Source: Eledone cirrhosa
Taxonomy: Eukaryota
NCBI GenBank assembly: GCA_964016885.1
Contig: OZ024741.1
Location: forward strand, 169,632,001-169,696,000
DNA length: 64,000 nucleotides
Direction of reading: 5' to 3'
Under the pieces are notes generated by a model that was not told the DNA's origin, ran no database searches, and was given only the letters and a program-made list of their open reading frames with translations. Numbering within the stretch: the stretch's first letter is position 1; each line of letters opens with the position of its first letter. The position numbers and the translations under genes are program-made. Shown piece by piece: positions 41,038 to 59,031 of the stretch.

Positions 41038-41780
41038 GGGAAGAAAGAGGAATACTGCGTGATTGCATTATAAAATTAGTCCCTCATTTGCTAACCATCA
41101 TTGGTATTTCATCGCATTAAAAATCATATACCTCAGGTTGGTGCGAGCAATAACTAAAATAAGCTTTTGGGACAAGTGAATCGCGTAAAGCGAGTGAGAC
41201 AAGTAAACAACATAGAAGGAAAAGCAAACCGAAGATAGGAAAAAAGCAAGCAACATGGTTATCCGGTCAGCATAAGCTGGGTGAATTTCATGAGCGGTCA
41301 GAATACAGACGATCCGACGTGAATGAGATGTGAGAAAGAAAGAACCCCACTACTAAAGAACGGGAGGAAGTGAGAAGGGGAGAAACAGAGAGTGAGTGAG
41401 TGGAAGTGCGAGGAAGAGGTCAGTCGAGAGAAAGTGTAACTGACAGAGGGGGCGAAAGTAGGAGAGAGAAACAGAGAGAACTGGGGAGCAGTAAGAGAGA
41501 AAGGGAGAAACAGACAATCGCAGCCGAGGTAAATATGTATAAAAAACATGGGAAGAAAGAGGAATACTGCATGGTTGCACATGGGTTACATATTATAAAA
41601 TTAGTCCCTCATCAGTGATTTGCCAACCATCATTGGTATTTCATCACATTAAAAATCATATACCTCAGGTTATATATATATATATGTATATATAAAATTA
41701 AGATAAGCGGAGCAAGCAAGATCCAAACAATTTTTTAAAATAAATTAAAAAATATAATTTAAATATTTACCTATTCCATT

Positions 41781-41863
41781 TGCTTTTACCGACGGTTTCA
41801 CTTCACAAAAGATTGGAGATCCCTAGAGACCTCAAATGGAAATGTTCAGATCATCAGAGAGCA
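41781..41863 (-). ncRNA. Type I hammerhead motif with long stem II region
   Basis: Minus strand TGCTCT-CTGATGA-(about 50 nt)-GAAA-CCGTCGG-TA-AAAGCA. Confidence 0.55.
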
Positions 41864-42413
41864 TTTTCCTTACCTAGGACAAAAGTCCCAGGAACGGCAA
41901 AATATATTGCCATCTGCCAGCTAGCACAGGATCGAATGGGACCGTAAATTTGACCTATGCATGATCCAGCCCTTAGTAGAATCGGAAGTAAACATAGACG
42001 TGTTGTCTATCTCGCCACTAAAAATAGCAGCTAAATAAAACAACAGATTTGTTCTCTACATAACGAAGAATATTAAACGAAGTTAATATCCCCGCAGGTA
42101 CTAAGTACCCCTGGAAATATATAGGGTGTCTATGATACATATATGCATACGAATGTGCATGTATACATCTTTCATACTCTTTTCTTACCCTGTTTTATAC
42201 ACTTCTTTAAATGAGCCCATTCTATCAAGTTACGATATTTTCAGCTGTAGTTCGCTAGGTTTGATTGGCATAGTCTCAAATAGATATTATAATATAAATT
42301 CAATAAGTCATAAATAATATATATTAAATAAATTGCTTATTTCATATACAGAAGCCTGCAGTTCACACTGTTGTATAAATTTATAAATATTATATTTATA
42401 AATATATGTATAG

Positions 42414-42463
<50 letters not shown>

Positions 42464-42475
42464 GTATATATATGT

Positions 42476-42516
<41 letters not shown>

Positions 42517-42570
42517 TATATGTATGTATATATATGTATATATTTATTATACATATATCTTTGTGTGTCT

Positions 42571-42605
<35 letters not shown>

Positions 42606-43116
42606 ACGAAGGAAATGTGGTAAGGAACCAGGTGGACCATAACGCACCAAAGTACTCAATACTTAGGGTAGTAGAGTGGGTAATAGGAACGAGTAGGACC
42701 CCGACGGCTGAGCTCAAGCCGTTTCGACGGCTAATTCAGTCCAGAATTAACCGTCGAAACAGCTTGAGCTCAGCCGTCGGGGTCCTACTCGTTCCTATAT
42801 ATATATATATATATATATAATATACCCCAGGAGCCATATTTCTCGATCATCACAACGGAGCTAGTAGCTACAACTAGGCCCACTGGTTTCCGCCATTATT
42901 CTGCCAATTGGCACTATTAGGCAAGGCTTAAATTAGTCTGAAATAATCAAAATTACATTATAAATTGATAATATACAAAATGGCATGGGAAAATACATAG
43001 AGAGCTAAGAAAAAACACTTTTGTGTAAAATGTGGGATTCTGGAACACCCTAATATATATATATATATATATCAAAATGAAAATCCGAAGGCAAGGTAAA
43101 ATTCCAATCATTTAAT

Positions 43117-43188
43117 GACGACACATGTTTCAATAAGAGATAGATCGATTGTGAAACCATGATCGATTATCACTGATCTCATCAGGTG
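43117..43188 (-). ncRNA. Type I hammerhead-like motif
   Basis: Minus strand CAC-CTGATGA-GATCAGTGATAATCGAT..ATCGATCTATCTCTTATT-GAAA-CATGTG-TC-GTC. Confidence 0.5.
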
Positions 43189-44245
43189 AAAATGAATTGT
43201 CTTCAAATTCTTGATATGAGGGAGAAAAAATAACGATGTTCTCCCACAGAATTCATTCCCTCATATGGAGACACACCAGTCAGTCAGAGACATGGCGACT
43301 GCTATTAGCTTTAGTTAAGGTCATAAACATTTTCAGATTTCTATCGCTGTAAAAGACGCTGGACATCAATCAAATCTGTAGGGATACAGTCAGTCACAGT
43401 TAAAAGTGAGTGGGTGCACACACACTCCACACCTACATACATCGGCTCGAGGTCAAAGAAAAATATATACATATATATACACACATCAACACAGTATTAA
43501 ACCCGTAGAATTAGCGTGGGTGGGTACACACACACTTTCACACACACCGAAATTATTGGACCATTTTACAAAACCAATAATGCTCCTTACTATATAACAA
43601 CTATTTTATATAACAACGATTTTACTGATTTCCAATTATATTAATCTCCTAGATTTAATAATTAACCAATTAATTTAATTTGAAAATTCTGTTGATTCGC
43701 TAATTATTTGTGTTAGTTTTATAACATCTAGTCGAGAGCTTATCATGATGATTAGCGGAAATTAAAATATTTCCATTCGCTAGCATTTTAATGACCCACC
43801 AAAAACCAGGGGTTATTTCCCTTGCCGGAATTAACACGTGATAAATATAGATACGATTAGCAGCCATAAGAGCAGCAACATATTTTATCACTCCTGGTTC
43901 TAACCAGAACGAAAACCTGTTGATAAACTGAGTCCTCTGTTCAGTCACCAATACCATGAACTTGTCATTCAAGTAAGTCTGATATTTGATTTCGGAGTCA
44001 GAGAAACATTTCAAACGCTCGTCTGATTTGTCCAGGTCTATTTTTCTCAACCTGATTAGTTTTTTCGTTGCTTTGGTATGTATTGTGTGTTAGTTTAGCC
44101 TACCACAATGTCCGATTTGTCAAGCTATTTAAACGTATGTTATAACTCTGAGACCTGTCTTATCGAGTGCTTTGCTAACCCATCACTTCATATAAGTAGG
44201 CCGAATTACTTGCAAACCGCCAGAGATTCGATTTTACTGATTTCC

Positions 44246-44314
<69 letters not shown>

Positions 44315-44425
44315 CTTGTAGAAAGAGGGAGTTATGTGGTTACTTGATAAATTGTATTTAGAAATAAGAGGAAAGTACAAATGGGGGACATACCCATCAT
44401 CAGTTGTCTGCTGGAGATCACGGAC

Positions 44426-44466
<41 letters not shown>

Positions 44467-45249
44467 GGCGGAGGAACTCAGCAGAGTCAACGGTCAGCCA
44501 AATAGTATTTTTTTTTTGGGAGGTCTGTCGTTGTATTTTCCGTGGCAAACATTTGCACCGAAGATATGTGTCGTCAGTTCCAAAAAGTGTGGTTGGTCCT
44601 ACACAAACCTTTACCACTTAAAACAAAACTTTGTGTGGGTAGTTCAACATCAGTTCACATTTAAATGTTTAGGAAAAACAAACGAATAGAAGTGAAGAAT
44701 TTAATCAAAGTTCATTCTTTAACACGTTTCAATACAATATCAGTCTACGAGTGCTGGTTGCATGTTATTGGTGGATTGGCAGAATCGGTAGAGCGTCATG
44801 GCCCTTTACGTTCTGAGTTCAAATCCCACTGAGGTTAACTTTGCCTTTCATCCTTACGGGGTCGATAAAATAAAGTACCAGTAATGCACTGGGATAATTG
44901 TTGGTCGTGTGCCAAAAGTAGAAAAAAATATTATTATTATGACCATTCACTAGCAATACGTTAAATAGTGCATCATAATGCTCACATGCACACACACACA
45001 CACACACGACCCCGACGGCTGAACTCTGGCCGTTTAGACAGCTACTACCCTAAGTATTGAGTACTCTGGTGCGTTATGGTCAACCTGGTATCTTACCACA
45101 CACTTCTTATTATATATATATATAGATATGTATACATACATACAAATATATATGTACGTACACTTGTGCATACGCAAATACGCTTGTGTTGTTGTGTGTG
45201 GGGTGGGCAGAAGCGGCTTTTTTTGGGGGGGGGGGGGCATTTAAAAGGG

Positions 45250-46330
45250 GACAGAAGCCCTCAGGTGACTACTTCTTGAACAGTGGTAGCATGAAGGCCT
45301 CAACAAAAATGTTTGTGAAGGCGACTCCAACCAGAGACACACGTTGCGGTATTCTTGCTATCCTTTCTGGTCTCATTTGGACCAGAACTTCAAGGCTATT
45401 GCCGTCGAATACGCCCCCGGTGAATTCGCCTATCGAAAAGATTGTCCTCATCTTCTAAGAATCCCGTTAGCACCCACCAAATGCTCGCATTTGGTCTGAT
45501 GCCCGAGATTCTTATATTTTGAGTTCTTTTCCCCACCTTTGGATACAATTGGCGACAGAATATTTCCGTGCCGCCATTAAAACAGATATGCTTCCATACA
45601 GTTTCCCTTTCTGTATGAAAGCGATAACCTTCCAGGCACTACTTAGGACCAGCTCAATTTCGCTTTGGGACAATTGAGCCGGTTTCCTAGTCGTGTTCGA
45701 AACTGTCCTAAAGATTACAATCCTGAGGACTATGTCCCTTCTAATTTCTTCGAGGGAGGTAATTGTGAATTCCCCACCTTCCCCGAAATTTACACACTTC
45801 CTTGCTTCTTTCAGCAATTTCTTGGCATTCAAGATGTTCAGTGCCTTGTATGTCTGCGTTTCTCGAACCGCCTGTGCGAAGGAAACTGCAGCTGTGGGTC
45901 CGTTTTCTTTCGTGTTGTTATCATTGTTGTTGTTGTTTGTGTAATTGTTACTTTTGGGGTTTTCACCCATTTCCACAATTTTTTCTTTTGATTCCGTGGT
46001 GTCTTTTGCGGGAGTGAGGAGGGAAGGCTTACAGCGTTGTGCTGCTACCTTCTCTCTATCACTTTCATTGGGGGGCGTGGCATGCATCGTATTAATGGCG
46101 TCCATTGTCACTAAACGACTTTTTATCGACAACTTATAACTATTAAATTTCGCCCCAAAAAGGGGCGAAATTTATTTTACCCAACGTCTGCAAGCCCAGG
46201 CGAGGGGTTAAACACAACAAATAACAAATTACTTAAACAGACCTACCGCTTCTCATAATGAATTCCGACAAAATGCAGGAGCGAAACAAAAACACGTCTA
46301 TCTTCTCCGAGATAGATAGATAGACGTGTA
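45250..46330 (-). mobile_element. Probable 5' part (ORF1) of an L1/Tx1-like LINE
   Basis: ORFs 45512-46132 and 45269-45451 show SFAQAV and FDG...V...IP..V.L.G patterns typical of LINE ORF1. Frameshifted and truncated. Confidence 0.45.
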
Positions 46331-46400
46331 CCAAACACACACACACGCACACACATTTCTTACTCTCTCCGTCTCTCCCTCTTTCTCTCTCCGTCTCCCC

Positions 46401-46435
<35 letters not shown>

Positions 46436-46464
46436 CACACACACGCACACATATATATATATAC

Positions 46465-46495
<31 letters not shown>

Positions 46496-46510
46496 CACAT
46501 ATATATATAC

Positions 46511-46632
<122 letters not shown>

Positions 46633-46642
46633 AATATATACA

Positions 46643-46736
<94 letters not shown>

Positions 46737-46747
46737 AATAAATATAC

Positions 46748-47179
46748 AAGGGTGTGTTTGATTGTGTATAGAAGATTATATTAATAAAAGGAATTCCAAC
46801 TTTGTCTGATTTACTCGTTTTATTTACAATCCTTTAAAATTTATAATGATATTAGAATGAAATAGTATGGTAAATATTAAATGTTAAGTGTTAATTGAAC
46901 AAGTACTTTCATGCTTTCGCAATCTTCAGGTTCATATTCTGTGGTGACAGTCAAGTTTGCAATTTTCAACTGTGAATTTTCAACAGTTGTAAATTGCAAA
47001 CTTGACTGTCACCACAGAATATGAACCTGAAGATTTCGAAAGCATGAAAGTACTTGTTCAATTAACACTTAACATTTAATATTCTACCATACTATTTCAT
47101 TCTAATACCATTATAAATTTTAAAGAATTGTAAATAAGACGAGTAAATCAGACAAAGTTGGAATTCTTTTTATTAATAT
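46748..47179. mobile_element. Family A fold-back with HHRs at 46896-46934 (-) and 47022-47060 (+)
   Basis: Near-perfect palindrome of about 400 bp; same sequence as 161-545. Confidence 0.85.
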
Positions 47180-47185
47180 ATATAT

Positions 47186-47218
<33 letters not shown>

Positions 47219-47220
47219 AA

Positions 47221-47847
47221 TGTATATATAGCGTATTTTGCAATACCCTGTATGCTTAATTAAAAGCATTTCGAGAGACCTTATGCTATTGTTTTAGAGT
47301 AGAGACAGACTCACTTACTTTAATTTCAGCAAACAGAGGGAGATAAAGCTGACAAGGCCTTGTTTCGCATTTATTGATGATTATCAAAGCCAACTACTCC
47401 TCCTGTTTGCTGAAATCATGGATGTTTGGTTCTTATAGAATTCTAGTAAATAATCAGGAACTGATTATACAGAGCGGTTGCCGGTCAAGCAGAAATCGAA
47501 AATTAGAATTGGTGCTCTGAAATAGCTATATATATATGAATGTATATATAGTGTATTTTGCAATACACTGTATGCTTAATTAAAAGCATTTCGAAGACCT
47601 TATGCTATTGTTTTAGAGTAGTGACAGACTCACTTACTTTAATTTCAGCAAACAGGGGGAGATAAAGCTGACAAGGTTTTGTGTATTGCAAAGCATTGTA
47701 TTGCAAAATACACTATATATACATTCATATATATATAGCTATTCTTACAGGGTCGATAAAATAAAGTACCAGTAATGCACTGGGTAATTGCTGGCCTTGT
47801 GCCTAAAGTAGAAACATATATATATAGCTATTTTAGAGCACCAATTC

Positions 47848-47853
<6 letters not shown>
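47221..47853 (-). mobile_element. 320-bp HHR-bearing unit (about 1.4 tandem copies) plus a short inverted arm; retrozyme-like
   Basis: 47221 repeats at 47541. The inverted arm 47697-47853 is interrupted by a SINE fragment. Confidence 0.7.
47323..47416 (-). ncRNA. Type I hammerhead with extended stem I, U3-A8 core
   Basis: ATTTCAGCAAACAGGAGGAG TAGTTG GCT-TTGATAA-TCAT CAATAA ATGC-GAAA-CAAGGCCTTG-TC-AGC TTTAT CTCCCTCTGTTTGCTGAAAT. Confidence 0.72.
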
Positions 47854-47915
<62 letters not shown>

Positions 47916-48978
47916 GTTGTTATTTGACGTTGTTGAAAAGAGCAGTGGCTTTGACCCGGCAATAATAACTGGAGTCAAATTTTTTCTGTACCAAAAACAA
48001 GGCACATACAGACACACACGCAAGTTTGTTTGTTTGTGTGTGTGTGTTAGTGTGCGCGCGCGCGTATGTGTGTGTGTGTATCTATCTATGTATATATATA
48101 AGGGATACAGATATTGTTTGTTCACTGTCACCAAGCATCACAATTCATTCGGCAACCTAGTTTGTGATCGAGGCACTTTATTTTGCAAGTTACTCTTTTC
48201 CCCTTGAGTTTGTGATTCAAGAGAAAGGTAAGAATTTCTTCATATTTTGCATCTTATGTATTTTGACTCTACAGTTTGAATTGAAGAATTGTCTATCCAC
48301 TCAAAATATTACAACAGCTAATTGTGAAATAGAGAAATTAAAAAAAAAAAGCTTTTTCGACTGAGAACATTCATGTCTTTTTTTTTTTAAATATATAATT
48401 TGAAATGGCTTGCTTTTGTTTTGGACTGAAACTTTTTTGTATTTAATTCGTACGAGTATTTTTTAAAGATCTTTTTAAAGATTCTAAGATAACTTGATTT
48501 GGCCCAGTAATCTACTGATATTAAAATCAGTAGTATATTGAAAAATGGAAAAATAGGGTAGAGAGTGTTTCGTGATTTTGAGGGGCAAATGGGGGCGTTT
48601 GGCCGAAATGAGTTGAGAACCTTTGATCTACAAGAACAAATTTTATCCGTACATATCTTCATATGTATATATGTGTGTATCCCGGGTTGAATCGGGGTAA
48701 CTTCAGTAAATAAGCTACTCAATGCATAGCAGAGTATAAATATTTAATATAGTAATGGCTTCTACAGTTCCTTCGAATGAAACAGTTCTAGTCCTGGTCC
48801 TGTAGAAGCCATTTCTATATTAAATATATATATAATAAAAAAAAATTCGCTCTATATGGCTGAATACATGTGCCAACACAAGAGCAATAATGAGGGGCAC
48901 ATTCTACTGACATGGCCTTAAAAATGAGGATTGTTTGCATAATTGCAAACGAATCGAATATTATTATTAATATTCGAC

Positions 48979-49060
<82 letters not shown>

Positions 49061-49243
49061 CGAAGGAAATGTGGTAAGGAACCAGGTGGACCATAACGCA
49101 CCAAAGTACTCAATACTTAGGGTAGTAGAGTGGGTAATAGGAACAAGTAAGACCCCGACGGCTGAACTCAAGCCGTTTAGACGGCTAATTCCAGAATTAG
49201 CTGTCGAAACGGCTTGAGCTCAGCCGTCGGGGTCTTACTTGTT

Positions 49244-49281
<38 letters not shown>

Positions 49282-49431
49282 AAAATAACAGATTAATCTG
49301 TTATTTTAATAAATATTTGCTCTAGGGTTCTTATATATTTGATATATATTTATCCTTATCGAACCCTCTTTGGATTTTAGTCTTCAAATGTATTATTATT
49401 ACTATATTATTACTATATATTACACACTCAT

Positions 49432-49467
<36 letters not shown>

Positions 49468-49944
49468 GACATATGGGAAACAGCTGTTCTTTAACAACTT
49501 GCGTTATTGAAACACGACTTTAGAAAGTTTTGTTTTATACTTTAGTTGAGCACATTGTATCTGAAATTTCAAATTTTCTAAAATTTCTCATTAACCGTTA
49601 ACGATAGTGTTAATGCTCATAACACAGTAAAATGCTTACATAACTATATATGTAAGATAATAAAACAGAATAATACACCCGACTGATGACGTATAAATAT
49701 AATTATGTGCGAGCGCGTATATGCATGTATGTATCACAAATGTTTGCCAATAGACAGAGAGAGTGGGTTTCTAACATAGACACAAGACTCTCTCATTGGA
49801 ATTTATACAACATCCACTAGGTAGATGTGTATGCATGTCTGCATGCATGCATGTGTGCAGGCATGGATGTTATTGTATGTGTGGATATGTATGTTTTGAG
49901 TTGTATGTGTGCATGTGAATATGTTTTGTATCTGTACATGCGTC

Positions 49945-50633
49945 TATGCAGTTATTAGATGCAGAATGTTTGGAAAATTTTACATATTTTTACTGTTCCA
50001 TTAATGGATTGTACTTGTAATTTCCTAACTAGTTGTGTTCTTTCTGTTCCTGTGAAGCCCAGCTTCTCAAGATTTGTATTGAGGCAGTTACTAACATATC
50101 CCAGTTCCCCAATAATCATAGGCATAAATCTGAAGGTGTAATCAGGGTGGAGTATCTGCAGATTTCTCATTAGTTCTGCATAAATATTCTCCTTTTCGCT
50201 AATCTTTGATATTATATTGGCATCTGCTGGGCAGCTAACTTCCGCTACTGTGCATGCTTTCTTATCCGTGTCCTATATCATACTATCTGGTCTGTTATGC
50301 CTGCATTTTATTGGTGTTTTTACTGAAACATTCCACCAGTACTCTTTCATATTATGTATATGTATGTCTTCCACATTTTATGTGTTTATTATCGGGCTAT
50401 CTTTTCTACGGATTGCATCGCACAGTGTTTTGGCCACTACATCATGCCTCATAGGTAGATAGTACCACGATGACATCTTTGGACAGCTGCTGATGACATG
50501 GGCGACATCTTCGATGTGAATTCAGCAGTCTTCACTTGTTGTCACATCTAGGTATTTTGCCTGCATTCCTATCTCTTTTGTGAATCAGGTATTTTGTGTT
50601 GATTTCCTGTTCTTGGATTGCAAAAGCGTATCC
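49945..50633 (-). mobile_element. RLE (R4-like) LINE 3' fragment, relative of 33225-33745
   Basis: AFAIQEQEINTKYL, EDVAHVISSCP...RHDVVA, KEYWWN, HNRPD, EVSCPAD. Confidence 0.8.
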
Positions 50634-51892
50634 TGTATGTATGTATGTTTGTATGTAAGTATGTATCTATATATGTATGTCTGGTGGTTCTCGAATGCTA
50701 CTGGTAACATGTAACCCAGTACAACCTGTCTCATGGACGGCTCGTTGGCGACTAAACCGGCAAGCCCACCAAGCTTGCTTGGTAAGGAGGGTGATATTTG
50801 GACACCTCACGGGATGAAATTCAAGACACGGCAAAGGTCGGAGGAACTCAGCAGAGTCAATGGACATCCAAATAGTATTTATTATTTTAATTTTATTTTC
50901 GTTGAGAGTGAAAGGCCCTCATTTGTTGTCACATGACCTTTCTAAGAGAGGGAAACTCTGAAAAAAAAACCTGGGGTTTCGGAAGCATCCGATGATGTTG
51001 ACCAGTTATCCTTTTCGGGTGTTTTCGATGCTCAGAAAGTGCGATTGGTCGAGTGCAAGGGCTTTCCCCACTTAAAAAACCTTCAAAGTGCAGGCATTGC
51101 TTGTTCAGGAGTGTTACATGTTCGTGTGGCTGGCCGTAGCCTAAAAATGCGCTATTTACTGTAAGCTGACAATCGATTGCACTACTCTTAGAAGAGTTTG
51201 CAGCCATTATGTATGTATGTTTTGTTTTTTGTCCTGCAGGGTGTCCAAAATCACCCTCCTCACCAAGTAAACTTGGTGGGGTTGCCGGTGAAGTCGCTGA
51301 CGACCCGACCATGCGACAGGTTGTACTGGATTACATGTTACCAGTAGCATTCAAGAGTGACCTGACAAAGGGCGGAAGAACTCATAAGAGTCAACGGCCA
51401 TCCAAAAGTGTGTAAATATGTATATAGACATGTACGTATGTATGTATATGTATATGTATGTATGTATATGTATATGTATATGTACATGGGTGCATGTGTA
51501 TGTATATGCGCGGGGACAGAAATAGTCGGGCTGGGCACCCCATCGCGAGGTTAAACCACTGGGAGTGAAGGACCCCTAGCCTTTGTCAGGGCATTCTTCT
51601 GGGAGAAGGCAACTCAGGAAACTGCGATAACTCCGATATAAAACCTGCGGCTCAGTAGTTACCGATGATGTTGATCTTTTCTTCTTTTCGGGTTATAGCT
51701 ACTGTCGCCCAGAGAGTGGGATTGGCTCAGTGCACACTCTTTCCTCACTTTAAAAAATATCTTAACGCACAGGCATTGCACGATAGAATTAATTAGTTAT
51801 TAATAATGGTATATCGTGCAATGACGATACTTGATAACGAGGGAGCAGCCATCATGTATGTATGTATGTATGTATGTATGTATGTATGTATG

Positions 51893-51956
<64 letters not shown>

Positions 51957-52342
51957 AAGGCTAAAAAAGAGGGCAAAACGCGGAAAATAATTACACAAAA
52001 TATTGTGGGAAAACAAAGAAAATGTCTCAACGTATTGGACGTTAGTCGTTCATCATGAAAAAGGTAAGAGTAAAGGAAAAATAGAAGAGAAGGGGTTTAT
52101 TTGGAATGTAGAACTGATTGAAGAACTGGATGCTTGTCCCGAAACAGGCAGAAGATTTCTTATCATGATATTTATATGGGAATAAAAGCAAATTATGATA
52201 TAAACCAAATATATGCGACATGTGTAAATAGATGCATATGTAAATGTCTACAGGTAAACAATGCCTACGAAGATTACATTAAATCTGAATGTTTGTGAGT
52301 GAGTAGGGAAATCGATAAAAAGATTATATATATATATATATA

Positions 52343-52503
<161 letters not shown>

Positions 52504-53534
52504 ACTCACACACACACACACACACATATATATATACATATATATATATGTATATATACACACACATATATATTTGTATTTAAGTATTTATATATATGTA
52601 TATATATATATATAGTTATGTAATAAACAACATAAGGCAATTATTTCATTTACCAGTGGTTTCTTAAAAGCAAACAAATTTTGCTTTCAATCATCAGAAT
52701 GAAAAAATCGTGGTGTATTTATTGGCGTTGGATTTTAAAAACAAAAATATAATCTATATGAAAGTGAGGCTGGAAAAGGAAGAAGGAAAGGAAAAATAAA
52801 AACACACATGCAAACACACACACACACACACAAATATATACATACAGATATATATATACATACACACATACATACACACACACATATACACACACGCACA
52901 CACATATATGTGTACATATATACATACACATACATATACACATACATACATACATAAATATCAACATATCCATACATACACATACATACAAATACACAAA
53001 CGTGCATACACACACACGCACACATATACATGCATATATATATATATACATAAACATATATATACATACATACACACACATACATATATATATACACATA
53101 CATATATATATATACACATACATATACATACATATATACATACACATACATACATACATACACACAATCATACGTATATACACACGTACATACATACAAT
53201 ACATACACACATATATACACGCATACATACGCATGCACAAATATAGAAATATGTACACACACCTACATACTCACACACACAAATAAATATAATAAAAAAT
53301 ATATAATAATAAAAAAATAAAAATGAAATATAAAGATTATCATAGTTTGACAGCGATACAGGCAACAAATAAATGAACAAACACACGTGGTAAGCAATAC
53401 ACACAAATGCACGTACACATACATACGTAAAAATAAATACATACACACACTCTCACACATACACATACATATACAAATATATATACACATACATACACAT
53501 ACACGTATACATACACACACATATACATATATAG

Positions 53535-53577
<43 letters not shown>

Positions 53578-53578
53578 A

Positions 53579-54398
53579 ACCTCCTTTTGCCTCTATCTTT
53601 ACTACGGCCCTTGATAAACCTGTTCTACATCATCCACTCTCATCCCAGGAACAGTCTTTGATAGCGCTAGTTTGTGATTTAAATTCAGGAATTTTATATT
53701 CTTTGAATGAAAAGAACCTTCTGACGAGAATCTCTCTTTGCAACGAAGGCCGTATGGCCTACGTTTTATTTTTGGGATTCGAAACCGATCGGTAAAGGTA
53801 ACTATAGTAGGTAAAGTCAATTTTTTAAAATTTATTTTGAAACTTTTTCATTATTTACTAAACCTTGTTTATATTTGTTCTGGCTCGTTAATTTATTAAC
53901 CCGCCATTGAACCACACTGGCACTTGGTTGGACAATACATGCGTACCTTGGCGCTTTGTGCGTGAAAGGACGTATTTCATATTACTACTACCTCCACAAA
54001 CGTTGAGAACAAACCGGGTCATTCCGACTGCTGCTGATAACAGCGGTGGCTAGTTTGACCTACCTCCTTTTGCCTCTATCTTTACTACGGCCCTTGATAA
54101 ACCTGTTCTACATCATCCACTCTCATCCCAGGAACAGTCTTTGATAGCGCTAGTTTGTGATTTAAATTCAGGAATTTTATATTCTTTGAATGAAAAGAAC
54201 CTTCTGACGAGAATCTCTCTTTGCAACGAAGGCCGTATGGCCTACGTTTTATTTTTGGGATTCGAAACCGATCGGTAAAGGTAACTATAGTAGGTAAAGT
54301 CAATTTTTTAAAATTTATTTTGAAACTTTTTCATTATTTACTAAACCTTGTTTATATTTGTTCTGGCTCGTTAATTTATTAACCCGCCATTGAACCAC
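53579..54398 (+). mobile_element. 483-bp HHR-bearing tandem unit (about 1.7 identical copies); retrozyme-like
   Basis: 53579 repeats at 54062; no credible ORF; flanked by microsatellites. Confidence 0.8.
53716..53799 (+). ncRNA. Type I hammerhead ribozyme; second copy at 54199-54282
   Basis: ACCTT-CTGACGA-GAATCTC..AACG AAGGCC GTAT GGCCT ACGTT..GGGATTC-GAAA-CCGATCGG-TA-AAGGT. Predicted cut after 53794 (GUA). Confidence 0.85.
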
Positions 54399-54488
54399 TG
54401 TGTAGGGTGTATGTTGTGTGTGTGTAGGGTGTATGTTGTGTGTGTAGGGTATATGCTGTGTGTATGTATGTATGGATATGTATGTATG

Positions 54489-54530
<42 letters not shown>

Positions 54531-54571
54531 CATACATACATATCCATACATACATACACATACATATATAT

Positions 54572-54606
<35 letters not shown>

Positions 54607-54811
54607 ACCACAGAAATACACACACACAAACATATACGTATATATATATACACACACATAGGAAAAAGTCTGACCCCACGGCAGAGCTCAAGCCGTTTCT
54701 GAGTCTATTATATATATACACACAAAACCATTATATAAAAAAATACATATACACGCACAAATATACACACGCCCACACACACACATTAAATCTATATATA
54801 CACACATACAT

Positions 54812-59027
<4,216 letters not shown>

Positions 59028-59031
<4 letters not shown>

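Noticed and set aside
53602-53820. Duplicated 72-aa ORF (also 54085-54303) as a gene
   Set aside because: It is antisense to the HHR, has no ATG start and no recognisable motif; it is a by-product of the duplication.
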